Shown: positions 34,217 through 46,914 of the stretch, in pieces
Layout of the letters: the number at the start of each line of letters is the position of its first letter
Numbering within the stretch: the stretch's first letter is position 1
Source of the DNA: Octopus sinensis
Lineage: Eukaryota
NCBI RefSeq assembly: GCF_006345805.1
Contig: NC_043003.1
Location: 37,696,001 to 37,760,000, forward strand
Length of the DNA: 64,000 nt
Reading direction: 5' to 3'
Notes under the pieces: generated by a model
Told to the model about the DNA's origin: nothing
What the model saw: only the letters and a program-made list of their open reading frames with translations
Database searches by the model: none
Program-made: the position numbers and the translations under genes

Positions 34217-35362
34217 AGAAATACCATTAAGCATTTCACCTGGTATGGTCACAATTCTGACCCCTTGTTACTTTAACGACAACAACAACAACCACCACAA
34301 AGGATGAGGCTACATCATGAATAGGTAAAAACTGAGAATATTGCTGAGTGATGTGAAGAGGAAGGGGGTATGAATGATGAAAGAAGTTAAATAGGAAGGT
34401 GAAACTAGATAAAAATAAACTAATCTAGCTTTCTAACCATTGGGTCAGCACCACTGTCCCAATTATTCTAATAAGATAAATCAATAAATATGAAAATAAA
34501 AAGTCTATTGATCTCTTGTAGACCACCAGCTGAGCTAGGGTATCCCCCCCACCTATTCTCTATGTGACTCAATACAGCAAGTCAAGGCTTTAACGTGTCA
34601 GGCTACTGGCTGAAATTGTTGACAATTCAAATTTTTATGCTGCTGCTGTAGTTTAGCCTCTAGTTAATCCTGACCGAGTAAATCTATGACTAAAGACACT
34701 TCAGACATGACAATTACATCTTTTATCCCAGACATTGTGTAACTAGGATTACATAATCTAATGTGTCCTCCTATCTGAAGGCAGCAGAGTATGATCTGTG
34801 AGGAATTTGGCTACTATTTCTAGCGTGTTGATTTAACACATCCCTCAGTGGCTAAATTCCATTCTTGTTACCTGTGATATATTGTGTGTATGGCAGAAAC
34901 TCTAAACTCTCATACTGCCCAGTTCATAAAGTTGTAAATTGGTACCACACACAGGAGAGCAACAGTTGGCTATTACATGAGTATAGTGTAACATATGAGT
35001 GTTTTATCTTGCAGTGTTGGCAGAAGATTTAATAAAAGACAGCAAATAGAACACTGCTTCCATTAATAAGACTAGCAGAAAGACCACCCTCCAGGCGGTT
35101 TTCTGCTAGCCACTGGATAATATTTTCACATTTGATTTCCAATTCTAATAAGTTTTATATTTTACGTCTAATTATTTCTTTGTATGATAGTGCTCACTTG
35201 CTTAGTAAATATTGTTTTCTTTACTTTATCAGTCATAATCTCCCTTTTTTAAACAAACATCATGGTAGTTCAACAGCAGAGGGAGAATCACTTTGTCAAG
35301 TTTTACCTTCCCCTCAAAGCAACATAGAGATTTCAATTCAGCAGCCCATCTATAAGCTTTGC

Positions 35363-35365
<3 letters not shown>

Positions 35366-35424
<59 letters not shown>
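35366..35424. repeat. (TG)n microsatellite
   Basis: Long pure TG run; many other (TA)n, (TG)n and (GAT)n tracts occur throughout. Confidence 0.95.
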
Positions 35425-35429
<5 letters not shown>

Positions 35430-36984
35430 GAGAGAGGGGAGGGAGAGAAATTATACATGTATTTAAAAAAATTTTCATTCAATAAATAATGTTTTTACAT
35501 TACGTATACATTAATAGAATAGACTGTCAGTTTTCCACATAGTAAATTAAAACTTGAAATGTAAACATTGAAAGAGAAACTGAGAGACTTTGCAAATGAA
35601 AATGGAATACTCTGTAGTGAATGTAATGAATATTTAAATTTGCAAAGAATTGGATGCAGTGAATGCAATGAACATTTAAATTTATGAGAAATTGGAGTTA
35701 AAAATTTCAATAAACTTGAGGAATTGAAATTATAGGAAATTTCTTAGAACATGAATTAATAAAAAATATTTCTAGACGGTTGAGCTTTTAATATTGCTTT
35801 CTTTCAGTACTTTTAGTAATTGTTACATACCTAATTAATAAGTAGCTTTCTCCATTATAGTATAGATATTTAATAATCTAATGAGAGAGCCTCTACACTG
35901 CTGTTCAACCTACTAGAAAAAAGACCATGCTAAATCTCCCTCAAACCATATTCTGCAGTCTTATAAAAGGACAGATTGAATAATATTGTCTAGAGTACAT
36001 TATTCCAGGCAAGAAAAAGATGATATGGTCTTAGCAAGAATGGCCTTCATTCATAGGTCTGTCTGCTCTATCAGATGACCTAACATAAGGTTAAGTAACA
36101 ATGAACAACCAGACAACTAAAGTTGACTTTCTGAAACATTTTGAAAACTCAGAATTGTCATAATATGGAAAATACTACCCGTGCTGGTTGTTGGCTGTCA
36201 GGACTTTGCATCCTTCAAAAATTCAATGCTTCTCAAAATTTACCAAGCAGTTGTCATGATTATATATTTATTTATTCATTTCCAAATAATAATGGAAAAT
36301 GAATTTTTCTGAAAGTGCTTTTAAAACATCACCAATTCTATTAGCAGGAGAAATTAAAATAGTCTTCACTGTCTATTTAGGTAGACAAAACACACAGAGA
36401 AGTGAATGGAAAAATAATAACATATATACAAATGAAAGAATTTTAGTCAAAAACAGTAAATGAAATATTTGACACATTCTAATATAATTTGGTTCATTGT
36501 TAAAAAAGTTAAATAGTTCTTGGAATTCCATACAAGAGGTCATTTGCATCAGTTTTATATAACTTTAATGAAGAAGCTAATGATCTAGCCTAAGAGTAGA
36601 GAACCCACAGCCACAAGGCCTTATGCAACACTGAAAGCCCATAAGTTCAACTTTCTGAAAGAAGCTTTTTTTTCATAAAATATACATTTTTCGTTGGTTA
36701 CAGACTTTTATAAATATTCTAATGTCCTATGCTTAAAGAAAAAAAAAGTTAATTAAAATGTCAGTTTACATTTTTTTTTTTTTTCCTTTGGTATCTATAA
36801 TTATATTTTACAAATGGAATGAAAGCTCCATTTAGGACAGTAACTGATAGGGATTGTGGTGTTCCTTTCAAACCATGTCTGTATGTAAAGCAGACATAGA
36901 ATGATTATCATAATGATTTTCCCAATAAGTATAAATACATTTTCCCATAAAATAATAGGCATAGTTTGTTTCCCAGTCAGATTG

Positions 36985-37290
36985 GGTGGTTGGGTGGTGC
37001 CTTGAGCAAATTTCTTTTGTTGTAGGTCTAGACTGACCAACACCCTGAGAGCAATTTTTGTAGAAGAAAACTGAAAGAAGTTCATTATTTATATGTATGT
37101 ATGTTTGCATTGCATGCATTTTCCTGATCACTTGACAAGCAGTGTTGGTTTGTTTACACCCTTGTAACTTAGCACTTCAAAAAAAAAAAAGAAAAAGAGA
37201 GACTGATAGAGTAAATGAAAATTAAATACCGAGTTCAAAGCAGTGTCCCAACATGGATGCAGTTTAATAACTGAAATAAGTAAGATAGAT
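36985..37290 (+). mobile_element. SINE family A, degenerate
   Basis: gaaaactgaaagaag...cttgacaagcagtgttggtttgtttacaccc...gactgatagagtaa. Confidence 0.7.
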
Positions 37291-37332
37291 ACTTGTATAT
37301 TTTACAACATTGTATCATTATTTAATCCACTG

Positions 37333-37690
37333 TTATTACTTCTGCCTTAGCGAAGGGGGAGGTATTGTTTTCCGTTGTGTTTGTTTGTTTGTCCAGAGAC
37401 AAGATATCTCAAGAACCACTGGATGGATTTGGATGAAACTTTCAAGGGTGTTTGGCCTCATGACTGGCACGAACTGATTAGATTTTGGTATAGGACAAGG
37501 ATTCTGGTTTATTTTCCTTGTTTTTTACTGAATTTTTGAGAGTGGTCGGGTTCATTTTTAGTATTCTCGTTTGTGAGAGCAGTCGAGTTTATTTCAGATA
37601 TTCTCATTTTAAAAATCAATTCTGGTTAATCATTGAGAGGAGGTTGGTGTTGCCTTGGCAGAGGTTTGTGCCCTCTGAGTGCTCTTGTTT
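37333..37690 (+). mobile_element. DINE-1/HINE-like (Helentron-associated) non-autonomous element
   Basis: Starts ttattacttctgcc with local IR, (gttt)n microsatellite, subterminal ggcagaggt, 3' stem-loop and T-rich end. Confidence 0.5.
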
Positions 37691-37873
37691 ATATTGTTAC
37701 TGATATATGGGCATGTTTAGTGGAGTCTACTCTATTAAAAGCATTTGGGTTAGGTCTTCAGTCTAAGGATAACTGTTTCCTTATCACCCACCTTGATCTT
37801 GGAGACCCTGAAGTAAAGGGTAGTGCCCTTTCTGTTTTAATTAAGCCATTATTAAAAGAAAAATAACAACAAC

Positions 37874-38070
37874 GTGCAGGTGGCACGTAAAAAGCACCCA
37901 CTACACTCACGGAGTGGTTGGTGTTAGGAAGGGCATCCAGCTGTAGAAACACTGCCAGATAAGACTGGAGCCTGGTGCAGCCTTCTGGCTTCCCAGATCC
38001 CCGGTCGAACCGTCCAACCCATGCTAGCATGGAGAACGGACGTTAAACGACGATGATGATGATGATGATG
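37874..38070 (+). mobile_element. Family B repeat, young
   Basis: gtggcacgtaaaaagcacccactacac...ggacgttaaacgac(gat)n. Confidence 0.9.
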
Positions 38071-38077
38071 ATACAGG

Positions 38078-38443
38078 TATGACAGTGTAGTAAGAAGCTT
38101 GCTTCCCAACCACATGGTTTTGGGTTCAGCATCACTACATGGCACTTTGGATTAGTATCTTCTATAGCCATGGGCTGACCAAAGCCATGTGAATGGATGT
38201 GGTGGACAGAAAATGAAAAAAGCTTTTCGTATGTATGTGTGTGTACCCCTATACAGTTTGACAACCAGTGTTGGTGTGTTTATGTCCCTATAACTTAGCA
38301 GTTTGACAATAGAGACTGATAGAATAAGTGCCAGGCTTAACAAAAAGTAAGTACAGATGTTGATTCATTTGACTAAAAATTTTCCAAGGTGGTGCCCCAA
38401 CATGGCCAGTTTAATGACTGAAACAAGTAAAAGATAAAAGATA
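38078..38443 (+). mobile_element. SINE family A
   Basis: Full-length match. Confidence 0.8.
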
Positions 38444-38910
38444 AGCATAAAATACTGATCTTTCACATTATTAGTATTGATTTCTCATGTTATTGTTTTA
38501 TTAATAATTATGTTTCATGCACAATAAGAAATGTCAGCTTTTATAGATATAATCTATAGACAGAAACATTTAGTATATTCTGCTGTATTTCAAAGGTGAA
38601 GGACCTTTTATCATAAGAAACATACATATACTTTTGTTATTTTAAAGAAAGCCTTTTCACAGGGTAAGATATAAAACTGAGAATATATTTGAAATAAATC
38701 CTTTTGTCAAAGGATAAAAAATAAAACAAAACAGTATTGCAATACACTTAATGGCAATATATATTCCCACTTAAATGTGGATGTTCTGTAAAAAAGCTTT
38801 ACTAATGTAGATACCATGAGAGAAACTCTCATACAGGCTTTTGGTGCAAAATGTATGCTTGTTTATATTGCTAGTGGGGAGATAACTCCTCACCAACTCT
38901 AGTGCCAAGA

Positions 38911-38957
38911 CCACCAGATCATGTGATTTCAACCTTCCTTGGTTTCATCAGTGATGG
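38911..38957 (-). ncRNA. Type-I hammerhead ribozyme, all three stems present
   Basis: CCAUCA-CUGAUGA-AACC[AAGGAA]GGUU-GAAA-UCA[CA]UGA-U-C-UGGUGG; predicted AUC cleavage after 38917. Confidence 0.75.
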
Positions 38958-39039
38958 ACACTCGACTACTAGAGATAGTAGTGACTCATTTCCCTGCTAG
39001 CAATATATAGAAAATCAGTGTCCAAACAGACACAGATGT

Positions 39040-39357
39040 TGCACCCCCGTGCCGGTGGCACATAAAAAGCACCATCCAATCGTGGCCATTGCCAGCCTCG
39101 CCTGGCCCCCATGCTGGTGGCATGTAAAAAGCACCATCCGACCGTGGCCGTTTGCCAGCCCCATCTGGCACCTGTGCTGGTGGCATGTAAAAAGCACCCA
39201 CTACACTCACGGAGTGGTTGGCGTTAGGAAGGGCATCCAGCCATAGAAACACTGCCAGATCAGACCGGGTCTGGTGCAGCCTTCTGGCTTCCCAGACTCC
39301 AGTTGAACCATCCAACCCATGCTAGCATGGAAAGCAGACGCTAAATGATAATGATGA
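39040..39357 (+). mobile_element. Family B repeat
   Basis: Repeat units plus B core and (gat)n tail. Confidence 0.85.
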
Positions 39358-39384
39358 CTTGGTATTAATACTGCCTCTGTTGCT

Positions 39385-39940
39385 AATCATCATCATCATT
39401 TAATGTCTGCTTTCCATACTAGCATGGGCTGGACGATTTGACAGAGGACTGGCGAACCAGATGGCTGCACCAGGCTCCAATCTGATTTGGAAGAATTTCT
39501 ACAGCTGGATGCCCTTCCTAACACCAACCACTCCGAGAGTGTAGTATGTGCTTTTACATTCCACCGGCACAAGGGCCAGTCTGGCAGTACTGGCAACAGC
39601 CACGCTCAAATGGTGTTTTTTACATGCCACCCGCACAGGATTCAGTCCAGCAGCACTGGCAACAACCTTGCTCAAATGTTTTGTTCATGTGCCATGATCA
39701 CAAGTGCCAGTAAAGCGACGCTGGTAACGATCATGCTCAAATAGTGCTTTTTACATGCCACCGGCAAGGAAGCCAGACAACTGCTCTGGCAGTGATCCTG
39801 CTCAGATGGAGCTGTTAGCACCCCACTAGCATGGGTGCCAGTCATTGAATTTGGTTCAATTTTGATTTCACTTGCCCCAACAGGTCTTTGCAAGCAGAGT
39901 TTAGTGTCCAGTGAAGGAAAGTTGGCATGGGTGCCAGTCA
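39385..39940 (-). mobile_element. Family B repeat with RTE 3' remnant, tail-to-tail with previous copy
   Basis: catcatcatcatttaatgtctgctttccatactagc...; repeat units; LINE-like end near 39870-39930. Confidence 0.8.
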
Positions 39941-40481
39941 TAACAAAATACATTTAATATTTAATAAATAGTGAATTGGTAGAAGTTTTAGAATGTCATA
40001 TAGAATGCCTTGTGGCATTTAGTTCCAGCTTTCCACAGACTAAGTTAAAATCTCACTGAGGTTGGCTTTGCTTTCCATCTCTTTGGGGTTAAAAAAGTAC
40101 CAATCATATACTGAGGCTCTTTCCCCACCTTCCTCCCACACTCTTTCTCTCTCTCTGAATCATCTATGCTGAAGGGGCCCAAAAAAACGAAGCATTCATT
40201 TTACAGTCCACCAATCTTTCCACAATAACTCTGCGAACTCACTGAGAAATAAGGAAATTCTACAATAAAACAAAAGACACATGTTTTTTAACTCTTATTT
40301 CTGTCAGTCATTAGACTTTCAAAGAGTTTTGTTCAATCATATCAATGCTAGTATTTATTATAATCTCTATTGAATTACTCATATTATGTCAAAGGATGCA
40401 ATTCTACACACCATTTTATACAATTATATATAAACACAGAGACAGACAGACACACACACACACATGATGGAGGAAAAATGC

Positions 40482-40849
40482 TTCCAGGGGCATCCTGTCT
40501 TGAATTCCTCTGTTATTGCCTGGAGGACTATGATAAATAGGAGGGGGCTGAGGACTGAACCTTGGTGGATCCCTACCTGGAATTCTTCACTGTACTTGTT
40601 GCCAACCCTCACCTTACTGACAGCATCCCTGTACATGGTTTGCACAGCTCCCACTAACCATTCATCTATCCCTAGTTTCCTCATTGACCACCAGATAAGG
40701 GATTGGGGGACCCTGTCAAAGGCTTTCTCCATGTCTACAAAAACCAGGTACAGAGGTTTATCTTTGGCTTGGTATTTCTCCTGCAGCTGTCTTATCAGAA
40801 ATATAGCATCAGTGGTGCTTTGCCCTGGCACGAACCCAAACTGCATCAT
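40482..40849 (-). mobile_element. RTE-clade reverse transcriptase fragment
   Basis: QFGFVPGQSTTDAIFLIRQLQEKY...VDMEKAFDRVP...GIHQGSVLSPLLF (RT motifs), truncated before the YxDD motif. Confidence 0.9.
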
Positions 40850-40874
40850 CTGACTCTCTCTCTAATTAGTTGGG

Positions 40875-40938
<64 letters not shown>

Positions 40939-40959
40939 ATGTATACATATGTGTGTGTG

Positions 40960-40994
<35 letters not shown>

Positions 40995-41493
40995 ATATAT
41001 GAGATGGGCTTCTCTCAGTTTGCATTTGAATATTTTGTACTGAAAGTAATTTTTTGTTTAGTAAACAACAGTCAATTAGATATCAAGGTAAAATATCATA
41101 AGGTGAATGCCCAATGAAGGTTTTGAGCCACTCCTAATAGCAAAACTCTCAGCTAAATTGATGATGTCATCATATTTAATTTGGTAGGGTTGTAGGAAGT
41201 ATGTGGCTGGTGATATTACAAATTTACTGAGTCATACACATGCACATACCAATACATACAAGTATATCTACACATACATACAAATACATAAGTATACACA
41301 TACATACATATACACACTCACACACCCACACATATATATACATATGCACAGGTATGTATATATATCTGTATGTTTGTATATAGGACACACTACTTCCTAA
41401 AGTTACAAGTACTTTATTTTGTACCTGTTAACCTTCTTCTTATGAACAATCACACAGGAATATATGTATACCATTATCATCTGCATCGTTTAA

Positions 41494-41726
41494 CCCTTAA
41501 GAGATTAGAGGGCCAATCCATCGGCCAAAAATTTGAATGCCAAAGAAGATTGTATTAGTTCATTCAGTTTCTTACAAGAATATATACAGTTTTATATATG
41601 TAAAATAATTACTTCATTTTTTCATAATTCATTTAAAAAAATATGTGCACACCCTCTGTAGGGCATGTGAAAAGGGCTCTATCTTCTTGGTACTGAAACT
41701 CCAAATGAGGCTCTGTCTCCAAAGGG
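41494..41726. mobile_element. piggyBac-type MITE
   Basis: TTAA at 41490-93 and 41727-30; TIR cccttaagaga / tctccaaaggg. Confidence 0.65.
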
Positions 41727-41730
41727 TTAA

Positions 41731-41940
41731 CATTCACTTTTCCATGTCAGCATAGATCAAACAGAATTTATGGAGGAAGAATTTTTACAGACAGATGTCC
41801 TTCCTATTGCAAATCCTCACCTGTTTCCAAGTAAGGTAATATTTCCTAATGACCAGGCATATCTCATAAGACTGTAAATGAAGGACAGCATTTGCATGAC
41901 GGTGACCATTACTTACAGCTATCACATAAAGTTAAAGCAA
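41731..41940 (-). mobile_element. Chimeric SINE body/tail fragment
   Basis: cctcacctgtttccaagtaaggtaatatttcc shared with ~22614 and ~51221. Confidence 0.55.
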
Positions 41941-41944
41941 GGAG

Positions 41945-42410
41945 GTGGCTAACCAGAGGATTGCATCAAGCGCTCTTCTAACCACTTTGGCATGGGTTTC
42001 ACAGATGTCTGTCCTTCCTAAAGCCAACCACTTTACAGAGAGTACTACATGCTTTTTATGTGGCACCCACACTGGTGAGGTCACCAAGTAATATGTAAAA
42101 CAAATAAAAAAACCTCCCTCGATTAAGGGAGGAGTAGTATTCAGAGAGTTTCCTTGCAGCTTTCTTTTGGATTTTGCTGCAACACAAATGTTTCCCTGAG
42201 TGAAATCCTTTTCCCCCAAGATTTTGTTGGTTTTGAACTATTGCTGGTATTTTTGTGACTGATTTTTTTCGAGGTAAGGATGTTGGTGTTACACAAACCC
42301 ATTTTTCACCACTGAGAAGAGGTAATCCAGCATTGGAGGCCTTACAAGGAGCTTGTGTTCTATTGGCATAGCTTTCAGGGTCATTGAGGCACACAAGCCA
42401 CCATACCAAC
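41945..42410 (-). mobile_element. Internally deleted RTE-derived element (RTE-like 5' UTR joined to B-like tail)
   Basis: Minus: gtggcttgtgtgcctcaatgaccctgaaagctatg...ccttacctcgaaaaaa, then gttggctttaggaaggacag. Confidence 0.45.
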
Positions 42411-42984
42411 ACAAGAACTGGACCTTGTGGTGGATATATTTTATTTTAATTTCATTCATTTGTATATATACATTCATACACCTATATACATATACACATA
42501 TAGTCCACAAATGAGACCTAGAGATTCTCAGGATAAAAGACACTTAGTAGTGCTCAAAAGATCCAAAATTAGATTCTGATGTCTTTACTGGGAATTGATT
42601 CCATGGGTAATATATCTAATTTGTTTATCTGTATAATATGCCTCTATATACATACATACATATTTACATGCATGTGTGTGTGTAAGGTGCTTTTACAAAG
42701 TAAATTCTGAATAAAAATCTCATTTGGTTAACTATGACCAAGTTTGTGATTAAATTGTTTTAATCTGTTTTCCTATGCTGGTGAAGCAACTGGTTGAACG
42801 GATACTTATTTGAGGCAGAATCCTGCAGACAAATGCTCTTCCTATCTTCAATACTCACTTTTTTCGAACAGGAGAGTACAGAATGACATGATATATTGTC
42901 TACAAGGAATGTAAACATAAGATCACTGCTATTTTGCACAGTTGGTGACATGCATAGATGCAGAATGACAATAGTCATTCACAC

Positions 42985-43160
42985 ACGCGTGCATGAATGA
43001 AAATCTTTCATACAGTTTTCTGTCTACCCATTCCACTCACAAGGCTTTGGTCAGCCTGGGGCTATAGTAAAAGATACTTGACCAAGATGCTATGCAATGG
43101 GACTGAACTTGAAACCATGTTGTCAGGAAGCCAACTTCTCAACCAAACAGCCAAGCCTTT
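42985..43160 (-). mobile_element. SINE family A head
   Basis: cagttttctgtctacccattccactcacaaggctttgg...gggactgaac. Confidence 0.75.
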
Positions 43161-44029
43161 ATCTACTGTACCTACGTGTGTGTGTGTGCATCTCAAATTA
43201 GTATGTTAGAAACAGGTAAATAATTTAAAGCATAATATAAACTGTATTCAGATAACAGTAACAGAAATTAGGAAAATAAAACAAAATAATGATAATAACA
43301 AAAAATATGCACAAAGTTAAAGCACCTCTAAAAATAGAAATAATAATAGATTCTTCTTTCTGAAGCACCCTAGTGTGGGTGGTAAGGTAGCCAAAATACC
43401 ACTTGTGACCTCTGACCCTTGGTTGGACTTCAGTCTATGACATTATAATGTTACTTGTATAAGTTAAACAACAGCTAATTATCTTTTTCTTTTCTATAGT
43501 TGCTTACATAAATGTTATTATATATTATATATAGGCAGGTAAAGGCATGTTTGCTTAGATGAATAGAGACACCTACGCACTTGTAAAGAAATGCATATAA
43601 TGTTTACAATTTCACAAGCATATGTGTGTGTGTGTGTGTAAGTGAGCGTGCACATGTGTGTGAGTGTGCACACACACGTGAGTGTATGTGTGTGTGTGCA
43701 TATGTGCAGGCGTGAATGTATGTGAATGAATGTTTGTGAGTATGTAAGTGCATCTGCACGCACACATATTTGTATGTAAAAGAGAGGCAGAAAGAGGGAT
43801 GGTTAGAGCATATGTATGCCCCTTACATATTCACACCCATGCATGTATACACACACACACACACACATACATATGTGAAAAGCAGGTGGTAGTGTTATTG
43901 CAGTTGCTTTTCTCAAGATTTTCTTTGCCACTTATTCATAAGAACCAATTAATTTCTTCGATTTTCTTCTTTCTGGAATACTCTGAATAATTGATATTGT
44001 CTGTAGAATAAAATAATGTAAAATTCTTA

Positions 44030-44339
44030 TGGCAATAAACACACACATACATACATATACATACACACATATGTATATATATATATATACACACATAAAT
44101 ATGTATATATATATATACACACACATATATATATATATAATATATATATATACGCACACACAAACATATATACACGCAAATATATATATATATACACATA
44201 CACACACACATACATATATATACACACATACACACACACATACATATATATACACACATACACACACACATATATATATATATACACACACACATATATA
44301 TATACACACACACATATATATACACACACACACATATAT

Positions 44340-44394
<55 letters not shown>
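44030..44394. repeat. Compound (AC/AT)n microsatellite
   Basis: Alternating tata and caca blocks; explains the spurious ORFs here. Confidence 0.95.
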
Positions 44395-44397
<3 letters not shown>

Positions 44398-44542
44398 GTT
44401 AGGAAGGGCATCCAGCCGTAGAAACACTGCCAGATTTGACTGGGCCTGATGAAGCCTTCTGGCTTCACAGACCCCAGTAGAACCGTCCAACCCATGCTAG
44501 CATGGAAAACGGACGCTAAATGATGATGATGATGATGATGAT
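44395..44542 (+). mobile_element. Family B repeat, 5'-truncated
   Basis: ggcgttaggaagggcatccagccgtag...ggacgctaaa(tga)n. Confidence 0.85.
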
Positions 44543-44648
44543 ACACACATAGATATATGTAAAATATAGGGTAGTGAGTTTTTTTTTTTAGAAATTTCAC
44601 TACCAGTGGCCTAGCATGTATAAAAAGTCAACAGATAACATATTCTCA

Positions 44649-45041
44649 ATATAAAATAGTGTATATTTAAACACAAGAGAAAACTGCCTACAACAGGCAG
44701 TTTTTACATGCTAGAAGAAGTAGTCAAAATGTCCAAAACCACATTTAAGAGCAATCTTCAAAAGGAATGAAAAATAAAAACATTTTACCTTGTTATTTTA
44801 ATCCGGTCAGACCTAGGTTTCAATGAGAAATTTGCCTAGCAAATTATTTTATTTGCTAAAAAAATTTTGAAACCTAGGTCTGACCGGATTGAAATAACGA
44901 GGTAAAAGTTTTTATTTTTCATTCCTTTTAAAGATTGCTCTTAAATGTGGTTTTGGACATTTTGACTACTTCTTCTAGCATGTAAAAACTGCCTGTTGAA
45001 GGCAGTTTTCTCTTGTGTTTAAATGTACACAATTTTATATT

Positions 45042-45073
<32 letters not shown>

Positions 45074-45235
45074 GTGAGAATTTACAAAAAAATAAAAGAT
45101 GAAGATGGGTGAGCAAACAACAAACAGATGTATTAGTTTAATGCTGGGGAAGTGAGAAAGTCTTTTATGTTTCGAGCCTACGCTCTTCAACAGAAAGGAA
45201 CACAGAAATAAACAGGGAGAGAAAATAGAAAAAAG
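44649..45235. mobile_element. Fold-back element with ~175-bp arms and hammerhead-bearing extension
   Basis: Arms 44649-44823 / 44867-45040 (7 differences), inner hairpin tagcaaat/atttgcta; right side continues past a (CA)n insert to the HHR at 45162-45197. Confidence 0.75.
45162..45197 (-). ncRNA. 36-nt minimal hammerhead variant (A6U)
   Basis: CUUU-CUGUUGA-A-GAGC[GUAG]GCUC-GAAA-CA-U-A-AAAG; stems I and II perfect; ACAU probably decayed from palindromic ACGU. Confidence 0.6.
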
Positions 45236-45368
45236 TGACTAGCGATCTATCATGGTGTATGTATATGTGTGTATATATATACACACACACACACACACAT
45301 ACATATATAGATATATACATATATATATATATACATGTATATATATACACATATATATAGAGACACAC

Positions 45369-45399
<31 letters not shown>

Positions 45400-45410
45400 T
45401 ATATACACAT

Positions 45411-45470
45411 ACAAGGCTTTCGACACAGTTGATCATGGCATATGTCACAAGCTGCGAAACCTTCTCTGTC
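45411..45470 (+). mobile_element. LINE RT remnant
   Basis: KAFDTVDHGICHKLRNL. Confidence 0.55.
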
Positions 45471-46544
45471 ATGATCACATGCTACACACCTTCCTTCCAA
45501 GCACTGCTGTAAACAGCGGAAGAGAGCTAGAATGTTAAAACTTAGTGTGTATGCACAGCAGAGTTCAAGGCCAATCTGTGCCAAGCAACTTCACTCTGCA
45601 TGCTTTAGCCTCGTTACTATTGCAACAGTCTGAATACTTATTGATCAGACCACAAGTGTGTGTTTGTGTGTCTGTGTGTGTGTGTGTATTTAAGTATCTA
45701 ACTATTATAAGTATAACCTGATCACATAACTACACTTAATGGTTCATGGTGTAATTACTCAAATTATGGCAATTTTACTTTCAATGAAATCAATCAATAA
45801 CAGTTGGTGACATCTGCTTGTAGTAGGAGTGGGGATGAACAACAGAGCAGAGAAATAACAATATTGTACTTGGTGGACTGGCATCAACATGTATGGGCTT
45901 TTTTTTCTGGCTTCATCAAGCAAATGTCCTTGCTTACAAAGCAAACAATCATGACCAGATAAAATCACGGGCTTGTGGCAGGGCCATTTTAGCAGCATTG
46001 TACACCCACCACATATACCACCACCACCACCATCACCACCAATACCACCAGGCAAAGCAATGCACTGGGGCCACCTGAGTATACAACCCTAGCATGCATA
46101 GATCAACAATGGGCTTCCTAAATACATGGGACATCTAAGTAACTGCCCAATGTTCACATACTTTAAGATGGCAATGAGTGCTCCTCTTTGTAATCTTTCC
46201 TTAATTTCTCAAACATTTCAGCATCTTCCTAGGTGGACATGCTAAGTTTAAGCTAAATCTGCAATGTGGGCGAGAAATGCCTATTCTGGTTGTGCGACCA
46301 AACTATGTAATGAACTATAGTCCAAGGCAGCAAATTTGTAAGAGAACAATACAGGCAACTAAACTGACATCAATGCATAGTGGATATTTTCTTTTATCAA
46401 TTCTGGAGTGAATAAATATGAAGTCAAACCCAGCAAGATTGAATCCAGGACATTAAAGATCAAAACCTAAATACCATATCACCATTTCAATCAATACAAT
46501 GTCACAAAAAAAAAAATCAATGACGATGATAATTTCTTGCATAG

Positions 46545-46735
46545 CCACATCATCATCATTTAACATTCATTTTCCATGCTGGCATGGGTTGGATGGCTTA
46601 GCAGGTGCTGGCAAAGCCAGGAGCCATACCAGGCTCTATTTGTCTGTCTGGGCAGGGTTTCTACAGCTGGAGGCCCTTCCTAATGCCAACCACTTTACAG
46701 AATGTACTGGATACTTTTTACATGGCACCTGTACA
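46545..46735 (-). mobile_element. Family B repeat
   Basis: catcatcatttaacattcattttccatgctggcatgggttggatgg...gcccttcctaatgccaaccac. Confidence 0.8.
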
Positions 46736-46914
46736 GGCCAGAAATTTAAGAAGAGGGAATCAGTTGATTACATTGGGTTCAGTTAGAGGACTTTATTTTA
46801 TTGACTCTGAAAGGATGAAAGACAAAGCTGAACTCATATTAAAAGTAAGAACAAAAAGGGCCTTAACAAAATACCTCAAGGTATTTTACCCAGCAATTAA
46901 AAACAACAACAACA

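Noticed and set aside
43932-44600. ORFs of 100-220 aa rich in Y/I/C/V/H/T here and at many other sites
   Set aside because: Translations of (TA)n, (CA)n and compound microsatellites.
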